Below are positions 1 through 9,176 of a stretch of DNA of 51,197 bases, one piece after another. Source of the stretch: Chloroflexota bacterium (lineage in GTDB: Bacteria > Chloroflexota > Dehalococcoidia > Lucifugimonadales > HRBIN23); NCBI GenBank assembly GCA_016210325.1, contig JACQUK010000134.1, positions 1-51,197 of the forward strand, written 5' to 3'. Each line of letters starts with the position of its first letter. Within the stretch, counting starts at the first letter, position 1. The position numbers and the translations under genes are program-made. The notes below the pieces were generated by a model, which searched no databases, was not told the DNA's origin, and was given only the letters and a program-made list of their open reading frames with translations.

Positions 1-198
1 ATCGTCGCCGTCGCTCACTCCCTCCTGGTCACCATCTACCACATGCTCCGCAGAGGGACTACCTACCAGGACCTCGGTGGCCAGTACTTCGACCACCGCA
101 CCCGCGAGGCGGTCGTACGCAACGCCCTCCGCCAGATCCAACGCTTGGGCTACAGCGTCACCCTTGCTCCGCCCACGCCAGCCCCCGCATTTTCGTAG
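1..198 (+). mobile_element. IS110-family transposase, C-terminal fragment (window edge)
   Basis: Frame 1 reads IVAVAHSLLVTIYHMLRRGTTYQDLGGQYFDHRTREAVVRNALRQIQRLGYSVTL...*, matching the characteristic IS110 C-terminus (AxAHxxLxxxYHML...YxDLG..YF...LGYxVxL). Confidence 0.8.
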
Positions 199-293
199 GA
201 ATGACCATTGAAAGACTCTGCACGCCCCACTTGGTGTCCTGCCGCGCCCGATGGCGGCGTGGTAGGATAGAGAAAAGTCAGCGGAGCAAGCAG

Positions 294-593
294 GTGCACA
301 TCGGGGTCTGTCGCATAAGCCTGCGTCTAGCGGAGAACCACAGCCTCAAGGGAAAGCGGCAGGTCCTGCGCTCCCTGGAAACGCGGGTCCGCCAGCGGTT
401 CAACGTCGCCATCGCCGAGGTGGCTGACCAGGATGCCTGGCAGGTAGGCACCATCGGCTTCGCCTGCGTCAGCAACGCAGGGGCCCACGCCGACCAGATG
501 ATGGCACAGGTGGTCCACTTCATAGAGGACTCGGTCCGTGGGGATGCCGAGGTCTTGGACGTAGCCACCGAGGTTATCGTCAGTCAATCCTGA
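294..593 (+). CDS. DUF503 / YlxP-family protein
   Basis: GTG start; SLKGKRQVLRSL...FNVAIAEVADQDAWQ...IGFACVSN pattern typical of DUF503. Confidence 0.9.
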   Translation: MHIGVCRISLRLAENHSLKGKRQVLRSLETRVRQRFNVAIAEVADQDAWQVGTIGFACVSNAGAHADQMMAQVVHFIEDSVRGDAEVLDVATEVIVSQS

Positions 594-644
594 CGGCGGG
601 CATCGCGCCACATGTCGGCTCCACATTGCAGCAAGGAGGCGGCC

Positions 645-1529
645 GTGGAGTTTGGTGTTTGCATCCCGCACTACGGTGTGCCCATCGATGCCGAAGGCCT
701 GCGGCGGTTCGCGGCCCGCGTCGAGGAGCTGGGCTACGACTCCATCTGGGTCACCGACCACATCATCGTGCCCCAAGGCCTGGACATCGTCTACAAGGAG
801 CGGATGCTGGAGCCCTTCGCCGTGCTTGCCCACGTGGCGGCGCTGACGCGGCGGGTGAAGCTGGGCACCAGCGTCATCATCCTGGGCTACCGCAACCCCA
901 TCGTGGTTGCCAAGATGCTGGCCACGGTAGATGTCCTCTCCGGCGGCCGGCTCATCTTTGGGGCAGCCGCCGGCTGGATGGAGGGCGAGTTCGCGGCACT
1001 GGGGGTGCCCTTCGAGCAGCGGGGCAAGCTCGCCAACGAGTACTTGCAAGTCATCCGCCACCTGTGGACCCAGCCCACAGCGCCATTCCAAGGCGAGTAC
1101 GTCCACTTCTCCGACGTGGTCTTCTCACCGGAGCCTGTGCAGAAGCCCAGCCCACCCATCTGGGTCGGCGGGCGCAGCCGCAGGGCAGTCCGCCGCGCGG
1201 TGGACTACGGCGACGGGTGGCACCCCACGCAGATGGGCCCGGATGAGTTGGCGAAGGAAGCGGCCTACATGCGGGAATACAGCACCTCCAAGGGCCGCCC
1301 GAAGCCGCCGCTGCTCTCCTTGCGGGGCAGGCCTCGCTTCACCGACGGCGCGGCGGGGGCGGAGCGTCGGCCCCTCAGCGGGACGCCGCAGCAGATAGCC
1401 CAGGACCTGGCCGTGTACCAGAAGGCGGGGCTGGAGTACCTGGTGATGGACACCGGCGCCCGCTCCCTGGAGGAGGCCCTGCGCACGATAGAGCGGTTCG
1501 CCCGCGAGGTGCGGCCCCCCGTTGGCTGA
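645..1529 (+). CDS. LLM-class, probably F420-dependent, oxidoreductase
   Basis: GYDSIWVTDH, KLGTSV, RNPIVVAKMLATVDVLSGGRL, PPIWVGG motifs; AAGGAGG RBS before GTG 645. Confidence 0.9.
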   Translation: MEFGVCIPHYGVPIDAEGLRRFAARVEELGYDSIWVTDHIIVPQGLDIVYKERMLEPFAVLAHVAALTRRVKLGTSVIILGYRNPIVVAKMLATVDVLSGGRLIFGAAAGWMEGEFAALGVPFEQRGKLANEYLQVIRHLWTQPTAPFQGEYVHFSDVVFSPEPVQKPSPPIWVGGRSRRAVRRAVDYGDGWHPTQMGPDELAKEAAYMREYSTSKGRPKPPLLSLRGRPRFTDGAAGAERRPLSGTPQQIAQDLAVYQKAGLEYLVMDTGARSLEEALRTIERFAREVRPPVG

Positions 1530-1571
1530 AGTCTCCGTCGCCGCGCAAGCTGGACTCAGGGCCATTGCCCG

Positions 1572-3860
1572 ATGAACCCACAGGCCTTTCTGGACGAGTT
1601 GCGCCGCAAGGGCTGGTACCAGGGCCAGGTGGTCCACGTGGAGCACCTGCCACCCCGCTCTGCCACGTATGGGGAGCTGGAGCAGCCCCTGCATCCCCTG
1701 CTGCGCGCCAGCCTGGAGCGCTTGGGGCTGCTCCCCCTCTACCGTCACCAGGCCGGGGCGATCAGCGCCCTGTGGCGGGGCGAGAACGTCATCCTCACCA
1801 CGCCGGCGGCCAGCGGCAAGAGCATGGCCTACCAGGTACCCACCCTCCAAGCAGTGCTGGAGGACCGCACCGCCCGCGCCCTGTTCCTGTACCCCACCAA
1901 GGCCCTGGCCCAGGACCAGCACCGCAGCCTGGCCTCCCTGGTGCCGCCCGGCGAAGCCATCAACTTCGCGATCTACGATGGCGATACCCCCCACCACGAG
2001 CGGGCCGCGATCCGCCGTCAGGCCAGAGTCCTGCTCTCCAACCCCGACATGCTGCACGTGGGCATCCTGCCTAATCACAAGGTCTGGGCAGGCTTCCTCC
2101 GGGGCCTGCGCTACGTGGTGGTGGACGAGGCCCACATCTACCGTGGCGTGTTTGGCTCCCACATGGCGGACCTGCTGCGGCGGCTGCGACGCCTCTGCCT
2201 GCGCTACGGCTCGCGGCCCCAGTTCATCCTGTGCTCCGCCACTATCGCCAACCCGGCCGAGCTGGCAGAGCGGCTGGTCGGCCTCCCCTTCACCGCCGCT
2301 GCCGAGGACGGCGCCCCCTTCGGTGGCAAGGCCTTCGCCTTTTGGAACCCGCCAGTTACCGACGAACAAAAGGGGACGCGCCGCGGCGCCTCGGGCGAGG
2401 CCACGGTGCTCTTTGTCGAGCTGCTGCGACGTGGGGTCCGCACCCTGGCCTTCGTGCGGACCCGTCGGCAGGCAGAGCTGGTGTACCGCTACGCCAGGGA
2501 CGGGCTGGCCCACGACGGCCCTGGGCTGGCGCAGCGCATCGCCCCCTACCGGGGCACCTACCTGCCCGAGGACCGCCGCCGCATCGAGCACGAGCTTTTC
2601 AGTGGCCGACTGCTGGGGGCCGTCAGCACCAACGCCCTGGAGCTGGGGGTGGACATTGGCTCCCTGGACGCCACGGTGCTCACCGGCTACCCCGGCAGTG
2701 TGGCCTCGGCCTGGCAGCAGGCCGGGCGCAGCGGCCGCCGCGGCGAGCCTTCCCTGACGGTGCTGGTAGCCCGGGATGACCCCCTGGACCAGTACCTGAT
2801 GCGGCACCCCGACTTCTTCTTCGGGCGGCCCCACGAGCAGGCCCTCATCGCACCGGAGAACCCCTACATCCTGAAGCCCCACCTGCTGTGCGCCGCCTAT
2901 GAGGCACCCCTGACAGAGGCCGATGCCACCCTGTTCGGCACCAGCTTCCCCCAGCGGGTCGCGGAGCTGGAGGAGGAGGGGTTGCTGCGCCATGAGGGCA
3001 CCCGCTGGTTCCTTACCCCAGAGATGGCCTACCCCGCCGAGCAGGTGGACTTGCGCACCAGCGGCGGCCACAGCTACACCATTGTGGAGCGCAGCACCGG
3101 GCGAGTGCTGGAGCAGGGCATCAGCGAGTCGTCCGCCTTCGCACAGCTCCATCCGGGGGCGGTGTACCTGCACCAGGGGGAACCCTTCGTCGTGGCTGAG
3201 CTGGACCGCGTGAGCCACTCGGCCTACGTGGAGCGGGAGGAGGTGCCCTACTACACCCAGGTCCGGGAGCTGACCGACACCCGCATTCTGAAGACCTGGA
3301 AGGAGAAGCCCGCTCCCGGCGGCTCAAAGGTCTTCCTGGGCGAGGTGGAGGTGACCACTCAGGTGGTGGCCTTCAAGAAGGTGTCCCACTACAGCGACGA
3401 GCTGCTGGGCGAGGAGGTCATTGACCTGCCACCGCACCGCTTCCGCACCGTGGCCCTCTGGTTCGAGGTCCCAGACGCGACCTACCGGGGCATTCTGGCG
3501 CGGCGGGAGGACCTGGCCGGAGGCCTGCACGCCGCCGAGCACGCCGCCATCGGGGTGCTGCCCCTCTTCGCCCTGTGCGACCGGAACGACATCGGCGGCG
3601 TCTCCACGCCGTTGCACCCGGACACGGGCAAGCCGGCGGTGTTCATCCACGACGGCTACCCTGGAGGCATTGGCATTGCCGAGCGGGGGTACGACATCAT
3701 CGAGCAGCTCTGGGAGGCCACGCTGCGGGCCGTCTCCGAGTGCCCCTGCGAGGCGGGCTGCCCTGGCTGCATCCACTCGCCCAAGTGCGGCAACAACAAC
3801 CACCCCCTGGACAAGGCGGTGGCGGTCACCCTGCTCAAGGCGGTGCTGGGAAGGGGATAG
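1572..3860 (+). CDS. DEAH-box helicase with C-terminal DUF1998 Zn domain (MrfA/SftH/Hrq1-like)
   Basis: Walker A PAASGKS, YPTKALAQDQ, DEAH, SAT, LELGVDIG, QQAGRSGR; C-terminal CPCEAGCPGC cluster. Confidence 0.95.
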   Translation: MNPQAFLDELRRKGWYQGQVVHVEHLPPRSATYGELEQPLHPLLRASLERLGLLPLYRHQAGAISALWRGENVILTTPAASGKSMAYQVPTLQAVLEDRTARALFLYPTKALAQDQHRSLASLVPPGEAINFAIYDGDTPHHERAAIRRQARVLLSNPDMLHVGILPNHKVWAGFLRGLRYVVVDEAHIYRGVFGSHMADLLRRLRRLCLRYGSRPQFILCSATIANPAELAERLVGLPFTAAAEDGAPFGGKAFAFWNPPVTDEQKGTRRGASGEATVLFVELLRRGVRTLAFVRTRRQAELVYRYARDGLAHDGPGLAQRIAPYRGTYLPEDRRRIEHELFSGRLLGAVSTNALELGVDIGSLDATVLTGYPGSVASAWQQAGRSGRRGEPSLTVLVARDDPLDQYLMRHPDFFFGRPHEQALIAPENPYILKPHLLCAAYEAPLTEADATLFGTSFPQRVAELEEEGLLRHEGTRWFLTPEMAYPAEQVDLRTSGGHSYTIVERSTGRVLEQGISESSAFAQLHPGAVYLHQGEPFVVAELDRVSHSAYVEREEVPYYTQVRELTDTRILKTWKEKPAPGGSKVFLGEVEVTTQVVAFKKVSHYSDELLGEEVIDLPPHRFRTVALWFEVPDATYRGILARREDLAGGLHAAEHAAIGVLPLFALCDRNDIGGVSTPLHPDTGKPAVFIHDGYPGGIGIAERGYDIIEQLWEATLRAVSECPCEAGCPGCIHSPKCGNNNHPLDKAVAVTLLKAVLGRG

Positions 3861-3861
3861 T
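3755..3861 (+). repeat. Direct repeat copy 1 (3' end of the helicase gene)
   Basis: 107 bp; 95/107 identical to 4391-4497 by hand alignment. Confidence 0.95.
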
Positions 3862-3906
3862 GAGAGAGCACATGCACAGGAAGGGCGAGCAGCCTATTCC
3901 CTGCGC

Positions 3907-3937
3907 CGCTCGTGGTGAGCTCGTCGAACCACGAGCG
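3907..3937. repeat. REP-like palindrome family A (CGCTCGTGGTGAGC...GAACCACGAGCG)
   Basis: 10-bp stem; related copies at 13729-13763, 17273-17354, 33264-33386, 38682-38761. Confidence 0.85.
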
Positions 3938-3965
3938 CAAAACGGGGCTGTGAGCAGAGGTGAAA

Positions 3966-4091
3966 GATCGCGAGACGGTGCTGCTCATAGACCATGAACT
4001 GGTGCCTCGCGCCGGAGAAGGGGCCGTCAAATCCAAGCTTTCTCAGGCGGCGAATGAAATCGCGGCGGCTACAGGGTCTCCACCGGCTCAC
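3966..4091 (-). pseudogene. hicA: HicA-family toxin, 3'-truncated
   Basis: MSRWRPCSRRDFIRRLRKLGFDGPFSGARHQFMVYEQHRLAI is HicA-like (GF...GxxH); the frame then runs into REP sequence instead of the C-terminal helix. Confidence 0.75.
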
Positions 4092-4344
4092 GTTGCGGCC
4101 CCTGGTTCAGGTCGATGTCACCCACAATAGGCAGGGGATGTCCCAGCTTGAGGCCCATCAGGACCCAGTCTTCCAGTGTCGAACGTAACCCATCCTGACA
4201 CACCTGGAGGGTGGGCCCAAAAGCGACCACACCCTTGCAGGGCGGGATGCGCGCCGCGAAGGTGCCGTCCTCTAGCTTGTCGTAGACCGCCTGGGACAGC
4301 GCCTGTTCAACATAGTCGGTAAGGACGAATCGAACACCCATCAC
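4069..4344 (-). CDS. hicB: HicB-family antitoxin (short form)
   Basis: YDKLEDGTFAARIPPCKGVVAFGPTLQVCQDGLRSTLEDWV...GHPLP is typical HicB; overlaps the hicA start. Confidence 0.9.
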   Translation of the reverse strand: MMGVRFVLTDYVEQALSQAVYDKLEDGTFAARIPPCKGVVAFGPTLQVCQDGLRSTLEDWVLMGLKLGHPLPIVGDIDLNQGPQREPVETL

Positions 4345-4390
4345 ACACCTCAGCCTCGCGACAGGTAAGATTGTAGCACGAAGGAGCGGT

Positions 4391-4497
4391 GGGCTGCCCC
4401 GGCTGCATCCACTCGCCCAAGTGCGGCAACAAGGACCATCCGCTAGACAAGACCGTGGCAGTCACCCTGCTGAAGGCGGTGCTGGGGAAGGGATAGT
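4391..4497 (+). repeat. Direct repeat copy 2 (orphan diverged copy of the helicase 3' end)
   Basis: Translates [34 protein letters not shown] versus [34 protein letters not shown]. Confidence 0.95.
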
Positions 4498-4683
4498 ACT
4501 TCGGACCTGGGTTAGACGCGCACCCTCAACGGCGCAGGTAAGCACATACCCAGGTTTTGTCGCCGTCCGTAGCCGCAAGCCTGGACGTATGGGAACTCGA
4601 AGCCAACCTCCATTTGAGCTTCGTCAGTGTAATAAGGCTTCAGGGGAGGAGAATACCAGCCGTGGGTCAATTAGCGGAATCTC

Positions 4684-5988
4684 TCACTGTTGTTGCAGCT
4701 TTTGAAGGAGTAGCTCATAGCGAAGGTCGAACCGAGAAATAGTGGGGAGCGTCTCCCAAGCCAGGTCGCCAAGGCACAACTCAGCTTTCAGTAATCCGAA
4801 GAGAAACTTATGCGCTTCGCTAACCCTCGACTCATCTATGTCGGTTGCATCGCCGTGAACAGCATTGCTACGGAGCCGAGCCAAGAGCCGGAACTTTTCT
4901 ACAAGGTACGCGTTCCAGTGGTGCTCAACCACGTAGAACTTAGCACGCTCCGTAAGCGTAGACTCAACAAGCCGCTGGCGAGCCAGACCTAGCTCTTCGC
5001 TGGAGAAGTCCCCTTGAAGGGCGCTAAGAATCCGTTCAACTCGGGTTTCGCGATCAAGTACCTCTGGAATCGGTCCGTGCTCCGCTGCGTAGGCATTAAG
5101 GATGGTCTCAATCCCTATGAAATAGGCCAGGAACTTATCTAGTGGGGTGCCGGCTCTGGCCCCTCTTTCATACCATCTTAGCGCCAGCGACGTTGCGCGA
5201 TTCATCCGTCCGTTTTGCAAAAGAACAGGAAGTGTTCCGCTGATGACCTCTAGCTCAGCGTGCTCGGCTTCTCGCGGGAATTTGGCTACTACTGGTATGC
5301 GGAGAGTGCCAAACTGATGACCTTGGGTAGCCTCATAGGATTCTGAGAAAACAACCTCACCAATGGCATGGTCACCTACGCACACACCTGTGAGTCCCAG
5401 GACAGTGTACGCAAGTGCTTCTGCCCGCTCTGCTGACTGACCGGGGGCTACAACCTCTATGAAACGCCCTTCTGCTTCAGCACTGCCGACCGGTAGGCCA
5501 GTAATTGAGAGTGTGCCGTCGGCAACATCCACCTGGTCGTATGGCTCAACTCGCTCTCCTTTGACTTTCCCTTCGGTGAAGCGGACGATCAGGTTCTGCA
5601 CTCTGAGTATGGTGTCTTCACTCCAAGCCAAGTATGGCGTTGCGACCACCAAGCGGTGGAAGCGACCGTAACAAGGGACATGCTTTAAAGTTGTTGGCGC
5701 TCCGGTCAGGTCGTTATCCCACACCCTGGTTACTACCACGTTGTTGATCAGGCGTTCCCACCTAATCTGGAACTGGCGGTCGAGTGCTGATCTGTCATCC
5801 ACACTACAACGAAGGTTGCAGAAGCGGTAAGGCAGAGATTGCACTTTGGAGCCGTTCGGGTCAGTCAAGGGACCAGACCATTGCGTCTGTTCTCCCATCG
5901 TTTGCGATGTGCTCGTCCAGAACTTGGCCTTCGCATCCATGTCCCAGAATAGGATGCCTCGCTGATATTCCTCCACTGTCACCTTCAT
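4684..5988 (-). CDS. Putative HEPN-domain protein (ApeA/MauJ-like C-terminus)
   Basis: ALRWY...DKFLAYFIGIETIL followed by RSNAVH (R-X4-H); visibly lower GC than the flanks; RBS-like GAGGAAGG before ATG 5988. Confidence 0.7.
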   Translation of the reverse strand: MKVTVEEYQRGILFWDMDAKAKFWTSTSQTMGEQTQWSGPLTDPNGSKVQSLPYRFCNLRCSVDDRSALDRQFQIRWERLINNVVVTRVWDNDLTGAPTTLKHVPCYGRFHRLVVATPYLAWSEDTILRVQNLIVRFTEGKVKGERVEPYDQVDVADGTLSITGLPVGSAEAEGRFIEVVAPGQSAERAEALAYTVLGLTGVCVGDHAIGEVVFSESYEATQGHQFGTLRIPVVAKFPREAEHAELEVISGTLPVLLQNGRMNRATSLALRWYERGARAGTPLDKFLAYFIGIETILNAYAAEHGPIPEVLDRETRVERILSALQGDFSSEELGLARQRLVESTLTERAKFYVVEHHWNAYLVEKFRLLARLRSNAVHGDATDIDESRVSEAHKFLFGLLKAELCLGDLAWETLPTISRFDLRYELLLQKLQQQ

Positions 5989-6089
5989 TGTTAAGCTATC
6001 ACCTTCCTCTGAATAAGAAAACCAACAATAAATTACAGAGCCGTGCATAGCGATCTAAACGTTTCCAGCGATCAGCCTGGACTGGTGGG

Positions 6090-6175
6090 TGTCATTCTGA
6101 GCGAAGCGAAGAATCTGGCGGGGTTGGGGACAGCCTCGCCCCAGATTCTTCGTCGCTGCGCTCCTCAGAATGACA
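6090..6175. repeat. REP-like inverted pair family B (TGTCATTCTGAGCGAAGCGAAGAATCT ... AGATTCTTCG...CTCAGAATGACA)
   Basis: Long imperfect inverted repeat; related copy at 12393-12495. Confidence 0.85.
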
Positions 6176-6437
6176 GGGCATATGTTTAGCTCACCGTTCA
6201 AGGCTCTGTAGATAAGAAAGCGATTAGATGGATGGTCGAGGATTTGACTGCATGATCTGGCACCGAACACGGCATGTCAACACCGGGACAGCGCAACAGC
6301 AAGGTTGCAACCCTTCGCTCTCCCTGGCGTTCAGCCCATACCGATTCCCTTCCTCCCACTGCAACCCCTTCCTAACAGCCGCCGAAGCCGTCCTCCTGCA
6401 CGCCGTTCGGCAGGCAAGGCTGCTCGTGGCGCCTACT

Positions 6438-7466
6438 TCACCCCGGCCAGGCTGCCTTCAGCACCCGCAGCGCCCGGAGGGTCACCCACTTGCTGGGCTG
6501 GCCCTTCTGCTCCACATCCGCCCAGGTCTTGCCGTTGTAGGTGTACTCCAGCTTCCACCTGCCCTGGCTGTCCTGCTTGCTCACCACCAGCTCCAGGGCA
6601 TGTGCCAGGCGCGGGTCCCGGGCGTAGCCCAGCAGCGCCAGGGCATCCAGGTTTTGCAGCACGTCGGTGACATAGCCAATGGGGTAGCCAAACTTGAACC
6701 AGCTTCCGCTAGGTTGATTTCCGGAGCCAAATGGGTAGTCGGCCACGGCGGGGTCGCGGCCCAGCAGGAACTCCACGCCCGCCTCGATGGCCGCCTGCAT
6801 GGCAGGCGTTCGCATCGCGGGGGGCACCTTGCCCAGGGCCAGCATCGCCTTGACGCCTCCCCAGGCGCAGCTCAGGCCGGCGTTGGCGACGCAGGCGAAC
6901 AGCGGGCCAGAGGTGCCCGACTTGTAGTACCGCTCGGCAACATCCTGCTGTTCAGGCCTCGCTACCCGCTCGCCGGTAATGGTCCGGGCCTGCCACTCCA
7001 GCGCCCGCATGAGCCGCGGGTCGCCCAGCCAGCCCAGGTCTAGCAGCGCCGCCCCAAGGTTGCCCGCCAGGCAGTGGATGAACGCGGAGGGCGTCCCGTT
7101 GACCGAAAAGCCGCCGTGAGTGGCTACGGAGTGGGCCAGGACGTACTCGCAGCCCTTCCATACCCTGGGGTCCGCACCATCGGCCCCTAGCTGTGCCAGG
7201 AAGATGACCTGCCAGACGGTGCCCTGGTACTTGGGGCCGTAGCCGGGGCCAGGCTTCACCCAGTGCCCCTCCGGCTCCTGGGCGGCTAGAATGGGCGGCA
7301 CCGGCCCATCTGCCATGACCGTTGCTCGCGTCTCCTGGACCTCTGGGTCCTCCTCGCTGCGGCCCAGCAGGTCCCGCAGGGCGAAGTAGCGTACGCCCGG
7401 CTGCCTCGGGTCAGGCTCCAGCAGCCAGGGGAGTGGGTCGCCGTGGAGGGCGTCCTTCCAGTGCAT
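6438..7466 (-). CDS. Prenyltransferase/squalene-cyclase-like alpha/alpha-toroid protein of unknown function
   Basis: WLLE...VRY, QEPEGHW and KQDSQGRW QW-like repeats, PSKWVTLRAL C-terminus. Confidence 0.75.
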   Translation of the reverse strand: MHWKDALHGDPLPWLLEPDPRQPGVRYFALRDLLGRSEEDPEVQETRATVMADGPVPPILAAQEPEGHWVKPGPGYGPKYQGTVWQVIFLAQLGADGADPRVWKGCEYVLAHSVATHGGFSVNGTPSAFIHCLAGNLGAALLDLGWLGDPRLMRALEWQARTITGERVARPEQQDVAERYYKSGTSGPLFACVANAGLSCAWGGVKAMLALGKVPPAMRTPAMQAAIEAGVEFLLGRDPAVADYPFGSGNQPSGSWFKFGYPIGYVTDVLQNLDALALLGYARDPRLAHALELVVSKQDSQGRWKLEYTYNGKTWADVEQKGQPSKWVTLRALRVLKAAWPG

Positions 7467-7565
7467 GGGTCACCTCCCTTCGCCCGCAAACAAGGCCATC
7501 CTCGCGACCCAAGCCTCGTCTTTTGTTGGCGAAGCAGCCGGCATAGTGGGCCGCAGGCAGGCCGG

Positions 7566-8984
7566 CTACTGCTGCGTCACGCTGTACGTGGCCGTGCTGG
7601 TGAAGGTGCCCGGTGTGTCGGTCCAGTCAATGCGGAGGCAGTAGAAATGGGTGTAGGCGGCTACCCCAGGCCCGACCCCCGCCTTCCACGGGCTGAGTGC
7701 GGTGGTGAAAGCGGCCGTGCTGGCGCACCCGCTGTAGCTGCTGGGGGCGCTGCCCTCCGCATACCGCCAGACGCCAGAGGCAACGGTCAACGTCGGCGAA
7801 GTACCGGCGTTCTCCGCGGCAGATAGCGTCCCGTCCCAGGGCTTGTTGCTCTTGACGGTGACGGCCATCCCCGTCCCGCTGGCTGACTTCCATACGTAGT
7901 AGGTCCCCTGGGTCCCGGTGCCGCTCACCGCGGCCAGCACGGTGTCCGCGGAGTTGGACGCAGGGCCAGAGGGGTCAAGGTTGCTACCAAAGTCCGCCGT
8001 GGCATCCGAAATGCTGATACGGATGGTGGCCGGTGCCGTGGTGGTATTCGTGACGCTGCTCTGGACGGTGCTGTCGGCACTGGAGGTGGCGGTCACGGCG
8101 GTGGTGTCACTGAGGGCGCTCCAGCCCACCGTCACCTTGGCCACGATGGTGCGCATTCCTCCAGAAGCCAGGCTACCGGTATCGGGGGTGCCGTCGCCGT
8201 CGGTGTCAGCAAGAGGCGTGACGCCATCAGACAGGTAGAGGTCTACTGCCCAGCCGGCGCCGGAGGATGAAGTCATCTCGAAGGTGTCGGCGCCCCTGCC
8301 GAGGTTGATGACGAGGTGTGTGTAGGAGACCACGGACTCTGGTGCGCCGGAGCCGGTGCGGTTGGGCAATATGATCACCCCCGGCGTGGCGATCTGCGGA
8401 TAAGTGGTGTAGCCCGCCAGGGGGTCCCCGTTCCCCTGGACCATCCGAAAGTAGTAGATGGTAGCTGGGGCAGCCGCGTTGTTCTGGACCACCCACCCCC
8501 ACTCTCCAACCCCCGAGCCGGTGATCCTGCTGACCACGCTGGCGCTGTTCGCCTCCTCGTAGCTTTCCTCCGCGGTGGAGCTGGTCAGCAGCGTGCTGGT
8601 GATGGCGTCTCCATCGGCAGGTGTGGGGTTGTCGTAGCCGCGCCAGGCGGCCTCGGAGCCGAGGTCACCCACGTCAGTCCAGGGCCCGGAGGTTGAGGTG
8701 GCGAACTGGAGTTTCAGGAGGTCCCCAACCTCGAGGGCGGCTCCCGAGTTCCGGGCGCTGATGCGCAGGTGGTAGACGGTCCCCCGGGCTGAGTTGACCA
8801 CCCGCGTGTTCTGGGCCGCCAGCGGTGTGGCCGGTTGGACCCCGTCCACGTTCTGGTACCACTGGTACTGGAGCTGGTTGAGGTTGCGTAGTGCTGCGTC
8901 CACTGCGGCAGGACTGAGGGACGGCCCCACGAGCAGCACGACCCCGACCAGCAGCCAGAAGACCTGGCGATTCCAGCGTGGCAT
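7566..8984 (-). CDS. Secreted Ser/Thr/Ala-rich multi-domain surface protein
   Basis: Signal peptide ending ...VDA; beta-rich domains; DTDGDG Ca-binding-like motif. Confidence 0.75.
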   Translation of the reverse strand: MPRWNRQVFWLLVGVVLLVGPSLSPAAVDAALRNLNQLQYQWYQNVDGVQPATPLAAQNTRVVNSARGTVYHLRISARNSGAALEVGDLLKLQFATSTSGPWTDVGDLGSEAAWRGYDNPTPADGDAITSTLLTSSTAEESYEEANSASVVSRITGSGVGEWGWVVQNNAAAPATIYYFRMVQGNGDPLAGYTTYPQIATPGVIILPNRTGSGAPESVVSYTHLVINLGRGADTFEMTSSSGAGWAVDLYLSDGVTPLADTDGDGTPDTGSLASGGMRTIVAKVTVGWSALSDTTAVTATSSADSTVQSSVTNTTTAPATIRISISDATADFGSNLDPSGPASNSADTVLAAVSGTGTQGTYYVWKSASGTGMAVTVKSNKPWDGTLSAAENAGTSPTLTVASGVWRYAEGSAPSSYSGCASTAAFTTALSPWKAGVGPGVAAYTHFYCLRIDWTDTPGTFTSTATYSVTQQ

Positions 8985-9176
8985 CACGGCCTCACTCTCG
9001 CCTCCGCGGGACACCCGCGCAGAGGCTTCCCTCCCACCACCGGTCCTCTTCCGATGGGAATAATACGGACTCGGGCAGCGAGCGCAAGAGGAGCAGAGGA
9101 GCCGAGACCCATGATCATAGGTCCCGTTGCCACGTGTCAACCTCTCGCGGCGTAAGGCCCGTACGGGGCGCTGCTG

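Noticed and set aside
1572-3860. DUF1998 helicase as DISARM DrmA/DrmB or another defence helicase
   Set aside because: Single fused MrfA/SftH-type protein with host-like composition and no adjacent methylase, PLD or SNF2 genes; a repair role fits better.
6438-7466. 'Nitrogen fixation protein NifH' label sometimes attached to this family
   Set aside because: No P-loop GKGGIGKS and no NifH Cys motifs.
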